A stretch of 64,000 bases of DNA from Felis catus. Lineage: Eukaryota. Shown piece after piece: positions 38,360-51,676 of this stretch. The stretch spans positions 223,698,001 to 223,762,000 of the forward strand of contig NC_058368.1 of the NCBI RefSeq assembly GCF_018350175.1, written 5' to 3'. The notes beneath the pieces are model-generated. The model saw only the letters and a program-made list of their open reading frames with translations, ran no database searches and was not told the origin of the DNA. A program made the translations under genes and the position numbers. The first letter of the stretch is position 1. Each line of letters opens with the position of its first letter.

Positions 38360-39217
38360 ACCAAAATATTTCTTTATTCTTTATTGCTGCTATCTAATTC
38401 GAGTCCCTTTCACGTCTGATGTCATGGTGAGAATGTTATTTGCAAAGGCAAGGTAATATATACACTTCATGTTGGAATTTTAAAGTAGATCATTTGGACC
38501 CACTGGATTTTTTTGAATGAGAAAGTATTAGCTAAATTTCATAATTTTAGAATAGTATACAGATAGACTATTTTTGCCTCTGTTTATAACTCCCTCCAAT
38601 ATCTACCTGCTTTCATGTATCTACATGTTGTTTACATGCATTAGCAAGATAAACTTGCAATCCAGGAACGTGTCTTGGCAGGCCCTCTAACTGTTGGGGA
38701 TGGAGTGGGCCATAAATCATAACTGATTTTCCTACTATTTATCATTATAAGGATGACAGACATAGTTACTCTTGTGGACACAGGATAGGATGGATTTTAT
38801 AAATGTTACGGACTACAAAGAATGGGAAAAGACTGAAAGTTTTTGCAAATTGTTGTGAGTTGAGTTCATCCTAGTGAGCCACTAAGCAATAGATAAGTCA
38901 CAGTTTTTTTAAGCTATATGCGGAAGATACACAAAAATCATTTTGGAGGTCATATACAATATTTTCCATAATAAATCTGTATTCAAGATTTAAACTATGA
39001 CCTCTATAGCATTTGATACTGATATGTTTTGTCCATCAAAAATGCCACAATATGCAGCAATGCTTTTTAAAATATGATGTATCTGTATTTATATATTCAT
39101 ATCTGTATCTCTGCATGTGTGTTGTGTGTGACCTTAATTTTCATAGCCTTTGCTAAAGACAGAAACAAATAGAAGTTTTTCATCATAAGAAAGGCCGTGT
39201 TAGATTTGATTACTGTT

Positions 39218-39404
39218 CTTTTAAAAATTGATTTATTCTTGAGAGGCGGGGAGGGGCAGAGAGGGAGAGAGAGAGAATCCCAGTCGGGCTCCACACTGTC
39301 AGCGCAGAGCCCCCAACATGGGGCTCCATCCCGTGACCTTGGGATCATGACCTGAGCCGAAATTAAGAGTGAGACAGTCAACTGACTGAGCCATTTGGGA
39401 AATC
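39218..39404 (-). mobile_element. Can-SINE (older subfamily)
   Basis: Antisense SINE body. Confidence 0.9.
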
Positions 39405-40249
39405 CTCCTCTGTGGCATTTTCTAAGAGATATTTTGTGAGAGGTCCGTATAGATGTAGAGAAGGTGATTTTTCTTGAAAGGTTACGGGAATTAAGCAGGC
39501 AGCAATGAAATGCCGATGTCAAAAAGAATCGCTTGTTTGTGTGGGTGTGGTGTTCATAGAAGTGAAAATAGGTGGATGTAGAGGATTGCTTCTATTTCCC
39601 AGTACTAGAATATAGCCTCAGATGATGTATAACAGTCTGCCAGTTCTGTTTCTTTTCAACATGATCCCCTGGTACCTGCTATCTTACTTCCATCACATTC
39701 TTCTCCATGTGACCCAACATTTCCCTTACCTTTCATTTTCCTCAGCAGGTGTCTCTATTTAGCCTTAGTGAAGGTGTCTCTTATTTAGCTTTAGTGAAGG
39801 CTTAGTGCAGCCTTAGTTTCAAAAAGAGGATTATTCTTCGCTTACCCTTTACTCTTTCTTGCTTTATCGTTAAGGTCTAATCCCTTTCCCCAGCTTCTCT
39901 GGACTTTGACTTTCTCTAGATTCAATTTTGCCAATCATAGACTCTCTTTTTATATCCTCATAATTAATATCTTAATTATTCCAGACACTAAATTTGTGCC
40001 TCTCAATGGTTAGAAGATTCTCATTAGACGTTGAAATCAGGAAAACCCAAAGATTGATATTTCTAGCTGTATTACCAATAAATGATGTGTAAATACTCCA
40101 CAGATTTCTCAGAAAACATTCAGACACCATGCAAATGATGAAATTATTCAAGAGTGTATCTGAAGGAAAAGATCTTATGTAACTTAAAATTTCAATTATT
40201 AGATAACGTGTTTTAAGTGCTTTCTGGCTTATCTATGTATTAGTTTATG

Positions 40250-40595
40250 TAATTAGTATTTATTAAGGACCTATTATATGCCAAGTCTTATGGATACAGT
40301 AATAAAAAGACAATAAAGGAGCCTGTTCCCATGGAGCTCACTTTTTATTAAAGGGGATTTAAAAATAGGTAAACAAAGATTATAAGTAGCTTCATTAGAG
40401 ATCAGTACAATGGCAAAAATAAAAGGAGGTGATAGAGGGTAACTGGAGGAAGGATGATTTGGATTATGTGGTCAAGGAATTGCTGATAAGATAACACCAG
40501 AGCTAGAATTTGAATGTAAGGGAAAGTGAGAAAATTCTTCTCTGGGTAGAGGAAATAGTGACGAAAATAGCTTTAAGGAAAAATATGTTTAGTTT
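40250..40595 (-). mobile_element. L2 3' relic
   Basis: 'tatttattaaggacctattatatgccaag...cctgttcccatggagctcact'. Confidence 0.75.
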
Positions 40596-40596
40596 G

Positions 40597-41044
40597 TGTG
40601 TTAGTTTGCTACAACTGCCATAGTTATGTACCACACACTATTGGCTTAAATAATAGAAATGTGTTTTTTAGTGGTTTGGATGCTAATCGGCAGGGTTGCT
40701 TCCCTCTGAGAGTTGTGGAGGAGAATCCAGTCCATGAATGTCCCCTAACTTCTGGAATTTGGTAGCAATCTCTTGTGTTCGTTCATTGTAGATGTATCAC
40801 TCATCGCTGGTTCCATGTTCAGCTTTCACTCTCCTTGTGTGCCTGAGTATGTCCGGGTTTTCCCCTTCACATAAGGACATCAGTCATATTGGCCTGGGGA
40901 CTCACCTTATTCCAAAATGACTTCATCTTAACCTGAATAATTATATCTGCAACAGTTCTATTTCCAAATACGTTAATATTCTGAGGTTCTAGGAGTTGGG
41001 GTTTCGATATGTGAATTTCATGGGACACAACTAAAGCCACTAGA
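40597..41044 (-). mobile_element. MLT1A/B-like LTR
   Basis: 'ttagtttgctacaactgccatag...taaggacatcagtcatattgg...ttctgaggttctaggagttggg...gggacacaa'. Confidence 0.85.
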
Positions 41045-41047
41045 GAT

Positions 41048-41556
41048 TGTGTAAAGTAAGGTTTTGCTGTACAACAAAACATCCTAAAACATAGTGGCTT
41101 TAAACAACAACCATTTATTTTGCCCATGATTTTATTTGTCGGCATCAGGTCCAGAAACAGTTGGTAGCTTAACGAGGTTCTTTCATGCATTTGTGTTCAA
41201 CTGAAAGGTAAAAGGAGCGGCTCTGTTTCTAGAGGGTTGGCTTGTTGTCAGCTGATGTGGCAAGTTCAACTAGGTTATATGTCTTTTATCATCCACCAGG
41301 GTAGCCCAGAGGTATTCACATGTTGGCATCAGGTCCCAAGAGCAGAAAAAGTGAATTCGTTTCAGTGTGTTCATTCGTTTCAAACCTCTACTTGTTTTAT
41401 ATTTCCTAACATCTCATTGGCCAAAGCAAGTCATGACCAGGTTCAATGGATCAGGAATTAGATTCCAACTCTTGGAAAGAGGATCTGCAACATTATATGA
41501 CAAAGGTCTTGATTGCAAGGAAATGACAAATTTGGGGCCATTTTTAGAATTGACCA
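41048..41556 (-). mobile_element. MLT1H-like LTR
   Basis: 'aaaacatagtggctttaaacaacaaccatttatt...ctcattggccaaagcaagtcatgacc'. Confidence 0.75.
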
Positions 41557-42169
41557 TGGCTTATCTGAAAACCAGAAATAAGATTTGTATGAATATCTAA
41601 AAGTTTCAAGGGAATCATTTTTTTTAAATTTGGTAATTTAAAAAGAAATTTAATGTTTTCATTGGGTATATGAAAAAAAAAAATGAACACAGAAATGATG
41701 ACAAAATCCAAAAGTTAATTCCCCCAACTTTGCTTCCATAACTCCTTCTCCCTATGCTCATGGTAGATGACTTTCTGGATCTAGGCATTTTTCTCCATGC
41801 AATGCCCATAATTTATAATATATGCGGGATCGACCATTTTTCCGAGCCAAAGAAGAGTCAAAGGTTTAAAATTCAAACTCTCAGTACCATGACAGAATTA
41901 TAGATGCAATCAATACTGTGTCTCTCAGTCATGCCAGCTCATATTTGAACAGGTTTTGGATATTTATCATTATCCTCTTTTAACCTCAATCAATTACTAC
42001 AAAAGAACCTGTTTATAAATTTGCCCCTTTTCTTGAAAAGTAGTACATTAGGAGTTGAGGGTTACATATTCAGTTGGCTTAGTTCTTAATTTCAAAAAAG
42101 GATTCAAATTCTTTTTCCATGTAATGAAAGTTTTCTGTTAATGAATGACCCAGTATCTATCCGTTTCCT

Positions 42170-42548
42170 CATATTTCTAAGAGTTGCCTTATTCCCAGCT
42201 AGAGAATTGTATTTTCCCTTTTGAGTAGAGTTTGAATGCCCTTACATAAATAAGGGTTGAGAGTTAAAGTAGATCAATCTGACTCATTGCCTTGGGATTT
42301 TCAATCTTGAGGTAAATGATTTAATGATGAAGCAATAAAACAGAAGTTTATTAGTTGTGGAGGCTCCCTAGTGGAGTAAATTCTTACGCATAGCACTCTG
42401 AGCTGCCCAATGTTGCCATTTGCTAATCCCGCTTCTCAAGTCTCTTAGGTTCTGTAAAATACCCAATATTTTTCTATACAATTGTTTTGCTACTCAAGTT
42501 AGTCAGGGTAAATTTCCATTGCTTGCCACTAAAACTGTAATTCATAAA
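42170..42548 (+). mobile_element. Old ERVL/MaLR LTR relic (LTR33-like)
   Basis: 3' end 'caagttagtcagggtaaatttccattgcttgccactaaaa'. Confidence 0.5.
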
Positions 42549-43361
42549 CTCTTACAATCTAAGTAATTACAGTGTACTTATTAAGAACACTTAGTGCATA
42601 TGAAAATTCTATTTCTTCTGTCATGTTGAATAATACAAAATGATATTTAAATAATAATTAATTTTGAGTGAAAGCATACTCATTATAGAAAATGTAAACA
42701 TCATCTGGTCTTGTTTTTACTTTCAGTCACATGAAAAACCTACTGATTTGTTTTAAAATTTCAACTATCATGATTGGAAATTTCTGTAAGAATATAAAAA
42801 GCAATTAATTTAAAACTCATTATTTCTGTTTCCTGTCACTGTCTACATTGTACAGTCTTTACACTGAACTATGTAATTGTCTTGAATGTTTGAGCAACTA
42901 ATGGGAATGATTTGAGAATGAGTATGCTGCAAGCAGAGGGAAATGATACAAATAAAAAGTTATATTAGACATAAAAATACCTAGGTTAGAAAGTGTCATG
43001 GGGAGCTTTTATTATAAAGACATATAGCAGACAAATAATTTGGATTAAAAAGATAAAAAAAGACTAGACTTTGTCATATACTATAAAAAGGTCTCCAAGG
43101 CATTTTAAAGACTTCAAAATGTTTTTAGCATTATATACTTGATTTCTTAATCACTGTTAATAAAGTCTACCGGAATAAATAAATAGTTGTAAAAAAAATA
43201 AAAAAAACTCAACCTACAGATAATTTTAAGATACCAATACAGCAAAAATCTGGAGATGTAGTTAATTGTGTTGCTCCATTCTTTTTGTCTGCATTTAACT
43301 TCTCCATTTCTAAAACGTTGTATGGGTAGAAATAGTTATAGGATGTTTATCCAATAAAAGG

Positions 43362-43836
43362 TGTGCGTGGCCAGCACTGATGGGGTACTCCTCGGATGCT
43401 GGTTATTGGTCCTTAGCATGTCATTGCACTGACTTCCAGTGCTGGCATGTGCATTTCTTTGCCTGCTGGCTTTATTTGGTAGCAGAAATCTGCTTTACCA
43501 ATGCATACAACAGGTCAGAAATGCTAGGAAAAAAAAAAAGTTTAAGCATGCCTCAACCTATGACTGGTGGAAAAATATCCTTACTTTCTCTACCTGCTAG
43601 ATAGGGAAACTCTGAGGCACACAATCTGGTTTTCTGGCAGGATTAAGCCCCAGACATTCATGGTAGTAATTGCCTTAGTACCACATTGTTATTAACTACC
43701 TACATATACCTCCCTTTCCACTTCACGTGTCCTCTGCCCTTTGTTTGGGGGTTTCTTAGAATGACTTACAAAGTAAACTAATTGCACTTGAATCTGCGTC
43801 TCAAGATCTGCTCCTGGGCAAACCTAAACCAAGATA
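43362..43836 (+). mobile_element. LTR16-like ERVL solo LTR
   Basis: 'ggcaggattaagccccag' and the end 'taaactaattgcacttgaatctgcgtctcaagatctgctcctgggcaaacctaaaccaagata'. Confidence 0.8.
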
Positions 43837-44536
43837 AGAGGGAAATGTTTCATACTTTATGATTTAATATATCCAATAATTATTTGCCATACGTAATATA
43901 AGTATGTAACGCTTATTTAACTATAATTTACGTAGAACATCCCCTATATGGTGGCATTTGATATGAATTTTCCATTACTCTTCTCTTTGTAATGCATGCA
44001 CTCATAAAACTAACTTTACTTGTAATTTTCCAAAAGCAGTATATAGTTCCATCCTCCTATGTTTTTGCTCATGTTGTTCACTATGACATAGACATTCATC
44101 TTTGTTCTGTTCTGCCCAAAATTGTAGTTCATCCTTTAAGACTTTGTTCAGGCAGGAGTAAATTACTAAACAATTTTTTCAGTACTTGCTGGGTGTGTGA
44201 ATCTAGTGGAATACCTTATAGTTGCATTAATTCGAGTTATAGGTAAGGCATAATTTACATTTTTTTTATTACATCTGGCAAATTTTAGGTCATTAGTCAA
44301 TAATTTCAAGTAACCCGAACTTCAGTTCATGAGTTCTCTATTAGAGTTTTGTTTTGTAAACTTTATTTTTAATACGTTTAATTTATTTAATGTTATTGTA
44401 TGTTCCCATAGGATTTTCACCTCCATTGTAGTGCAGATATTATTGTAAATGCTTATTTGTATACTTGCATCCTCAGTAGATTCAGTCTTCTAAAGAAAAA
44501 GACCTCGAAACTATAAAATGTAGAAAGTGTAATTTT

Positions 44537-44743
44537 TTATTTTGTTTTATTATTATTATTTTTTTGAGAGAGAGAGAGACAGAGAGCAGGGGAGGAGCAG
44601 AGGGAGAGGGAAAGAGAGAATCTTAAGCAGCCTCCATGCCCAGTGTAGAGCCTGACTCAGGGTTTGATCTCACAACTGTGAGATCATGACCTGAGCCAAA
44701 ATCAAGAGTCTAACACTTAACTGACTGAGACACCCAGGTACCC
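44537..44743 (-). mobile_element. Can-SINE
   Basis: Antisense SINE; TSD tagaaagtgt. Confidence 0.94.
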
Positions 44744-46211
44744 TAGAAAGTGTGACTTTTGCTACTTGCCTGCTTGGGTCTAGAACTCTAATACAATATA
44801 TATTTATAAAAAAAGTGAGGGATGTTGACAAATAGATTTGCAATACGTACCTTGGGAATTTAGAATAAAATTTAGAACGTTGGCTATAATTTCCATGTAA
44901 TTTTAAAACACTATCTTCCGAATATCCATGATATAACATGTACTTTAATTACCAGACTTCTGATTCTAAAGTTTTAGTTGACCTCTGAGCACTTGCTATT
45001 TCATATCTAATTTGAAATTATTTATAGTGAACATAAAAACCAGATATTAATGCACAACTCAGGCAGATCTAAATGATTGGTTTTCAATGAATTTCATTAT
45101 AAGTATATTTTGCAGTTATTCTATATATTCAGGACCAATAATTCAAAGTTGAAAGAATGTTGTTTCCAAGACATTTTCTGAAGAAGCCAGTCTTACTTTG
45201 ATTGGCAGTTTTATATGATTACCTTAGCAGATGTAACAGCTGTCTGCTAAGTAGTGGTTGAAACAATAAAATTGTCTTTTTTAAGTCCAAATCATTACTT
45301 AGATGATTAGACCACTTGTTCTTGTGGTTCAGTGCATTTCAATGCTTGGCCAAGGTGGTGAATTAATTAGGGGTAAATTCCACCCTAAGCTTGGCCCTTG
45401 TATGGGCCATGTCAGAAAGGGGTACCGTTTTCAATTTGTCCAAAGTTGCTCTCCCATTCTTCCCATAATAAGAGACATTTTTTTTAATTTGTAAGAAGTT
45501 ATAATAAATTACATAGAACCAGAGATCCTTTCATGAGGTATTCAGGAATGAATTGACATTCTGTAAAGAAATCCAAACATAAAGCTCAAGAGAATTTCTG
45601 TCTGTGATAATGGTGGGGAAATCTGTGGATTTACAATGTTGAAAGTCTGTAAGGCAGAGAAACTAAGTCTTCAGTTGTGAATGGAACATCTCGACCAGAT
45701 GAATATAAGACACTTTGAAAAAATTACATCAGTTCCTGAAATTAAAGCTAAGAGAAACTACAAGAAAATGAAAACATTTTCTACCTAGGTCTAAGCTCCT
45801 CATCTTAAGGCCGAGCAAAAAGAAATGAGTGCAATGAAGTGAGACTCTGATGGGAAGTCGGGTTATTACATCTTCCAAAGCTTCAGGTTATTTATAATCC
45901 AGAAACACATCTACTTGGAGACTAAAAAAAAAAGAAAAAGAAAGTCAGTCAACCATGTACTCAGGAAGATAGAGCACTACTGTTCCACTTAAGACTTTCT
46001 TAATGATGTGGAAAACTGATATGTTTCCTGACTTGTGTTTATTATTAATTTTCTCTAATATGTTTCTTTAGTATATAGATTAGTTTATTTTATGTTTAGA
46101 TCTCCCACAAAAAAATTGTTCACATGTTTATTTGTGAATTGATTTAATCTTTAACTTAATTTAAAGCCAATAAGATAAAATAAATAAATAAATAAATAAA
46201 TAAATAACACA

Positions 46212-46316
46212 GGGGAGCCTGACTGGCTCATTCAGAAGAGCATGTCACTCTTGATCTCAGGGTTATGGGTTTGAGCCCCAATTGTGGTGTCGAGATTAAG
46301 ATTACTTAAATAAATA
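46212..46316 (+). mobile_element. Short tRNA-derived Can-SINE
   Basis: 'ggggagcctgactggctcattcagaagagcatgtcactcttgatctcagggttatgggtttgagcccc'. Confidence 0.85.
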
Positions 46317-46953
46317 TTTATTATTTATGTATTTTATATAATATAAAATATTTATAAATGTAAATATTTATTTATTATTTTTAAATAAACATTTTTTAAC
46401 TAATATAAACTATAAGATGTTTCAAGCCATTGTTAAACACACACTTCTGACTTTTCAAGTCAGGGTGTTAACTTGGAAAAAAAAAAATGTCTCTCCCAAT
46501 ATCTAAAAGATATTTTGCAATCACTTCTCATTTACATTATTATTAAACATATGCTAACACTAAAAGAATTTTATATTGAGTTGAAAATTTAAAAAATGGT
46601 GAAATTGGTGAAACTGTTATCTTGATTAAGAAGCAAATCTATATACCTTTGAAAGCTACTTCAAAAAAATCTTAGTTTTCCAACTACATGATAGCTATAA
46701 ATTGAAAAAGCAAAAAAAAAAAGAGGTGTCCATTTTTAACCACCCATTTTTGTGTTACCCTAATATTTAGGTACATTTTATCCTTAATAATGTCTCCTAA
46801 ATATTCTACATTGAAAATTAGAGTTCATTATGTTTCATTTTGTAATTTTTCACAATTCATATTTGTAAGGAATTAAATACTTAATAAAAAGAAGATGGAA
46901 AAGATATTAAAGTTACTTGTTGCAACCCTTCACCAAAAATATAAGTTTTCTAG

Positions 46954-47335
46954 CGTCAAAAGCAAGACAAAACGCTGAAAATGGAGTCACTTATGCTGAG
47001 CCCCATATCACCAATTAAAAACATGTTAATTATGGTTTCTATTCTTCCAGAAACACAATATTAAACCAGTCAGTCAGGAATCACCCAGACTGAACTACTG
47101 AGGCCATCTGCCTCATAGACCACTGTCAGTCTCTAAAGGAGGATATCCTTGCAAAAACCAACCTGCTTTTTTGCCTAATATAAATTCTTTTCCCCACTCC
47201 CTTTTCTGCTTATAAATGACTTTGATGTTGTATAGCTCCTTTCTATCTGCTAGATGGGAGACTGCCTGAGTTGAAATGATTTTTGCTCAAATAAATTTGT
47301 AATATTTTTAACATGCCTCATTTTAATTTTTGACA
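46954..47335 (+). mobile_element. MER34/MER39-like ERV1 solo LTR
   Basis: Inverted termini gtcaaaa...ttttgaca; 'aaatggagtcacttatgct'; 'tttttgctcaaataaa...atgcctca'. Confidence 0.75.
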
Positions 47336-47814
47336 CAGAATGGCACTGATCTAAATTGAAAATAGTTTTCCCATTATTTGTAAAGAGCCCCTAAAAATTT
47401 AGTAAACCATGAACTGGAATTTTATCAATGTGGAGCTAGAGATAATGTCTTTGTGTTTACCTATGGAGGTAATGCAAAATGTTATAGAGGACAAAGTGAA
47501 AATGTAGTGCCTCCATATTAAATCACTGCCACCAACACCAAAATGACTGAAAATGAAGCTTTTGAGATATAATTTTAAATATTGGAAGAATGCTTAATAA
47601 ATTGAAAGTAAGACACTGAGAGTAGAAACACGTGTAGAAATGAAAGGTCGTATATTATAGAAGATACCATGCACTTTGAATATGCTTTGATAGGAGAGGT
47701 TTATACTAGGAGACATAATCAGAAAAAAAAAATCATGAAGATATTGAGGTTTGTCTTAAGCTTGAACGAATGGACAACAATAACAATAAAAGATATTAGA
47801 AAAATAAAACAAAT

Positions 47815-48011
47815 GGGGTGCCTGGGTGGCTCAGTCAGTGAAGCGTCCTACTTTGGCTCAGGTCATGATCGCACTGCTGGTGAGTTCAAGTCAGGCTCTG
47901 TGCTGACAGCTCAGAGCCTGGAGCCTGCTTTGGATTCTGTGTCTCCCTCTTTCTCTGCCTCTACCGCCTCCCTCCCCTCTCTTTCTCTCTCAAAAATAAA
48001 TATTTGAAACA

Positions 48012-48045
<34 letters not shown>
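47815..48045 (+). mobile_element. Can-SINE with a (TAAA)n tail
   Basis: SINE body; TSD aaaat(a/g)aaacaaa. Confidence 0.95.
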
Positions 48046-48046
<1 letters not shown>

Positions 48047-48940
48047 AATGAAACAAAAAAGAAAGAGGATCTGTGAATTTTGAGTCCTGAAATTGAAGTG
48101 ATTGGGAATTTTCTTTCAAAGTAAAGAGGGTCCACCACATGCAAGAGATAGAATTATTTGCCTTCCCTCCCTAAAAGTCAACAGAGAAAGGCATCCACAG
48201 TCAAAGTAACCACACAGAAAGCCAGAAGCTACTAGCACATAAAAAAAGAGAAACATCCGATTAATAGTAATTAAAGAGTTCAGTAAAAACACTTCCAAAA
48301 AAGGTTACATTCTGATGGTAAGGACTTCAACATATCTTTTGGAGAGTACACAGTTTAACCTTTAACAATGAGAGTATTTACACCAGGGCAAGTGGCAAAC
48401 ATTACACATAATGGCTTCTCTCTTAAAGCCAGCATTATTTACCAGCTCTCTACTTATGTATGTATGATATCCGATAAATAGACTTCTCTCTTGGGAAGAA
48501 AATATGAGAAACAGAGAATACAGTAAGTATTAAGAATGCAAAGCCACTGGGGACCCCTCACATTAGTTAAGGGTACTTTTTCGTGTAATGGGGGCATCAG
48601 ATCTCCCTCACTGAGATAATTCTCACACATATTCTTTCTACTTAATGACCCTCTATTCTAATTTTAAGATAATTATGTTTAATTTTAAAATATTGATTGG
48701 TCCTAAATTTTAACAATTTAGTTACCTGTTTATGTGGTTCTTCTTTGTTTTGTTTTGTTGTTCTAACCTTCTTAAGTTTTTGAGACAGAGTCCTATCAAG
48801 TTTATTAAGCTTGGAAATAATAATGATGGGCTACTGTAATAGAATAGAATGGAATTAACGTAAGTCATCATAACAATAAAGTATGGTATTACTAATTAGA
48901 TTTCTATTAATATGACTAGTCATTTTAAAGGAGCATACAT

Positions 48941-49149
48941 TTTTTTAATGTTTATTTTTGACAGAGAGAGACAGAGACAGAGCATGAATGGGGGAGGGCC
49001 AGAGAGAGAGGGAGACACAGAATCCAAAGCAGGTTCCAGGCTCTGAGCTGTCAGCACAGAGCCCGAGGCGGGGCTTGAACTCACAGACTGAGAGATTGTG
49101 ACCTGAGCCAAAGTCAGATGCTCAACCGACTGAGCCACCCAGGTGCCCC
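48941..49149 (-). mobile_element. Can-SINE
   Basis: Antisense SINE; TSD aggagcata. Confidence 0.95.
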
Positions 49150-49744
49150 AGGAGCATAAACTTTTTAACTAAATGTTTACAAACAAGGTGTTGTAAGAAT
49201 CAACACAACCCTCCCTTCTTCAAAAAGGTATTGTTTCTAGGTCATTACTTGAAAAGATTTTATTTTCCTTGACTTCCTTTAACTTGTAGTAGTGAAAAGT
49301 TTAAATCTTTTAACACTGATCACACTGAAAAAGATTGCATTTTCTAGACTTCTTACATGAAATATACATAGAAAGTAGTTAAGCTGGAAGGATACTTTAT
49401 TTATGAAAATACTGCTTATATACTGTTTCAAAAGGTCTCCAACTAAGGAGTGATTGACACAAAATCCATTGCTTGTTGAACTATGAGGAGGAAGAAAAAC
49501 AAAGAATAAAATATATATTCTCCTATGGAGAATGAAATTAAGTATGACTGCCAAAGTTTCCTAGTGGACAGAAAATAAAAATAATTTTCTGATATGCATT
49601 TACTTCCCCATTTGATTTCTTCACACACATCTTTCTATGGATAGTAATGTAATTTTTTTTAATTTGTGTAAAAAAAATCTATATTTTGAAGTGAATCCCC
49701 TGGAAGTGAAAGTACATAAAGGTGTGTTAGTAAATTTACAAATA

Positions 49745-49915
49745 AGACAAATCATTCATTCAATAAATATTGAATAAACATCTTCTATTTGCTAGGCCTT
49801 GTATTAGCTGTGCACATACCAAAGTAAATGAGATCATCTTGTCTGTGAGATACATAACATCAATTTATAAAGAAAGACAAATAACCAAATAATTACAATA
49901 TTACATACAGCAAAA
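49745..49915 (-). mobile_element. L2 3' end relic
   Basis: 'tcattcattcaataaatattgaataaacatcttctatttgctaggc'. Confidence 0.65.
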
Positions 49916-49922
49916 TAAATGC

Positions 49923-50002
49923 AGGGTGCCTGGGTGGCTCAGTTGGTTAAGCATCCAACTCTTAGCTACAACTCAGGTCATGATCTAGTGTTTCGTATGT
50001 TC
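49923..50002 (+). mobile_element. Can-SINE, 5' portion only
   Basis: SINE head present; homology stops before the CT tract and tail. Confidence 0.85.
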
Positions 50003-51455
50003 CTTATACCAGTTTAGTTAGCTTTAGAGAATATAAAGAAGGCAGAGTGACTCAGAGGAAAAGACTTAGATTGGGATTTCTGCAACACGTCAAACCTACT
50101 TTCCAGACACTTTGCCCTACTGGCCCCCTCTCATCAAATTGAGACAAGCCTGAAGCAGGTGCAGACCACTTCAGCTCAGAGGTCCCTCCTCCATTCTGGA
50201 CTTCTTTACACACCATGGTTTTCACGTGGCCCTGTGAGAATGTGTCCCAAGGCCAAACTGGCCAGTGCACCCTGGGTCTGGAGGCCAAACTTCAGACCAC
50301 CGATTAACTATGTATCTGAACAGGTTTCAAATCTAGCTGAAACCACTAAATCCAAGATTTTTCTAATGATGCATGGAAAGATTTCACTGGTTTTTGGAAT
50401 CCCCTAAACGTACTTGTACAAAGGACTAGATATATGCCCATTTATCTGGGGAAACTATAAACACTTCCATTAAACTCAAACTTTGTGGTGCAAAGGAAAA
50501 AAAAAAAACAAAAAAAAAAGCAGAATCTGCATTAGATGCTGCAAGAGTGACTTAAGGGTTTGTATTAGTCTCAAAGGAGCAAAGAGCTAACTCAGAAGCC
50601 CACGGTGCTTATTAGGCATCGTTTTCTGGAAGAAACACAGATCAAGACAGTAGCAAACACTTCTTATTTCACAAATACGAATGCAATGGCTCAAAATCCC
50701 TCTAGAGTTAACACTACTGTGTTCAATATTTATGTAATTTAATTGTACTTTAGAAGTATTTGCCTATGCTGTAGACTTTTTAGTGCTATAAATCTGCTTT
50801 TTTTTCCTATGAAGGTAATGTCTGTTTGACAGTAAATAAATCGCTTATTCACAAAAGGCTGATTAATATTTACTTTTATGCTCATTTCGGAGCATGATTT
50901 AATAATGATGTTTGTATATTTAGAATTCTCTAGTCTCCTGTCAAAAAGACAATGTCTGTCATGTTGATTTGTTTCTAGCATCCACAGGTTAATGATCAGA
51001 GGCAACACAGGCAATAGAACTTTTCCTATTTTTGTTGCAACTATTTTCATTGAGGACTATAAAGCAATACAGATTTTGCCGAATTGAGTTGCCTGTAAAT
51101 ACATAAGTCGTTATTCTTCAATTGACTAAATTCATCTGGGGAAATTTACAAAGATAAAACCTGACAAAAATGATTAATTACCAAAAAAAAAAAGATTGAT
51201 TACCTTTTTTCATGGAAAAGTCATGTTGATATATTTCAAGAAGCTATGTATATTGTATAGAGCATGTGTCACACTTAGAAAAGTCTTCTCGTTTTTTTCA
51301 ATAGACTAATGTATTTTAATTAAAAATAAATTATGAAGTCTTGTAAACTAATTTATGTATCCAAAGTGCATAATATTTCCATCTAAATGTTGAGAGTCTA
51401 AGTTAGAGCATTTTATATGTTTGGATAAGTTTTATTTCAAATAGATATGTACACA

Positions 51456-51676
51456 GGGGTGACTGGGTGCCTTAGTTGGTTAAGCATCTGACTGGCTCAG
51501 GTCATGATCTTGTGGTCTGTGAGTTCAAGCCCTGCATCAGGCTGTGTGCTGACAGCTCAGAGCTGAGAGCCTGTTTCAGATTCTGTGTCTCCCTCTATCT
51601 CTGCTGCTCCCCCACTTGCTCTCTCTCCCTCTCTCTCTCAAAAATAAACAAACATTAAAATTTTTTTTAAAAAGGT
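51456..51676 (+). mobile_element. Can-SINE
   Basis: SINE body; TSD tcaaatagatatgta / tcaaatagttgtgta. Confidence 0.94.

Noticed and set aside
12300..39815. Short local two-copy duplications at ~12308-12368, 17748-17800, 18188-18226, 36453-36520 and 39748-39800
   Set aside because: They are ordinary slippage products with no further structure.
2072..48007. Recurrent ORF peptides such as AQVMISR...GSVLTAQSLEPASDSVSPSL and GGAEREGDTESE
   Set aside because: These are translations of Can-SINE copies, not a gene family.
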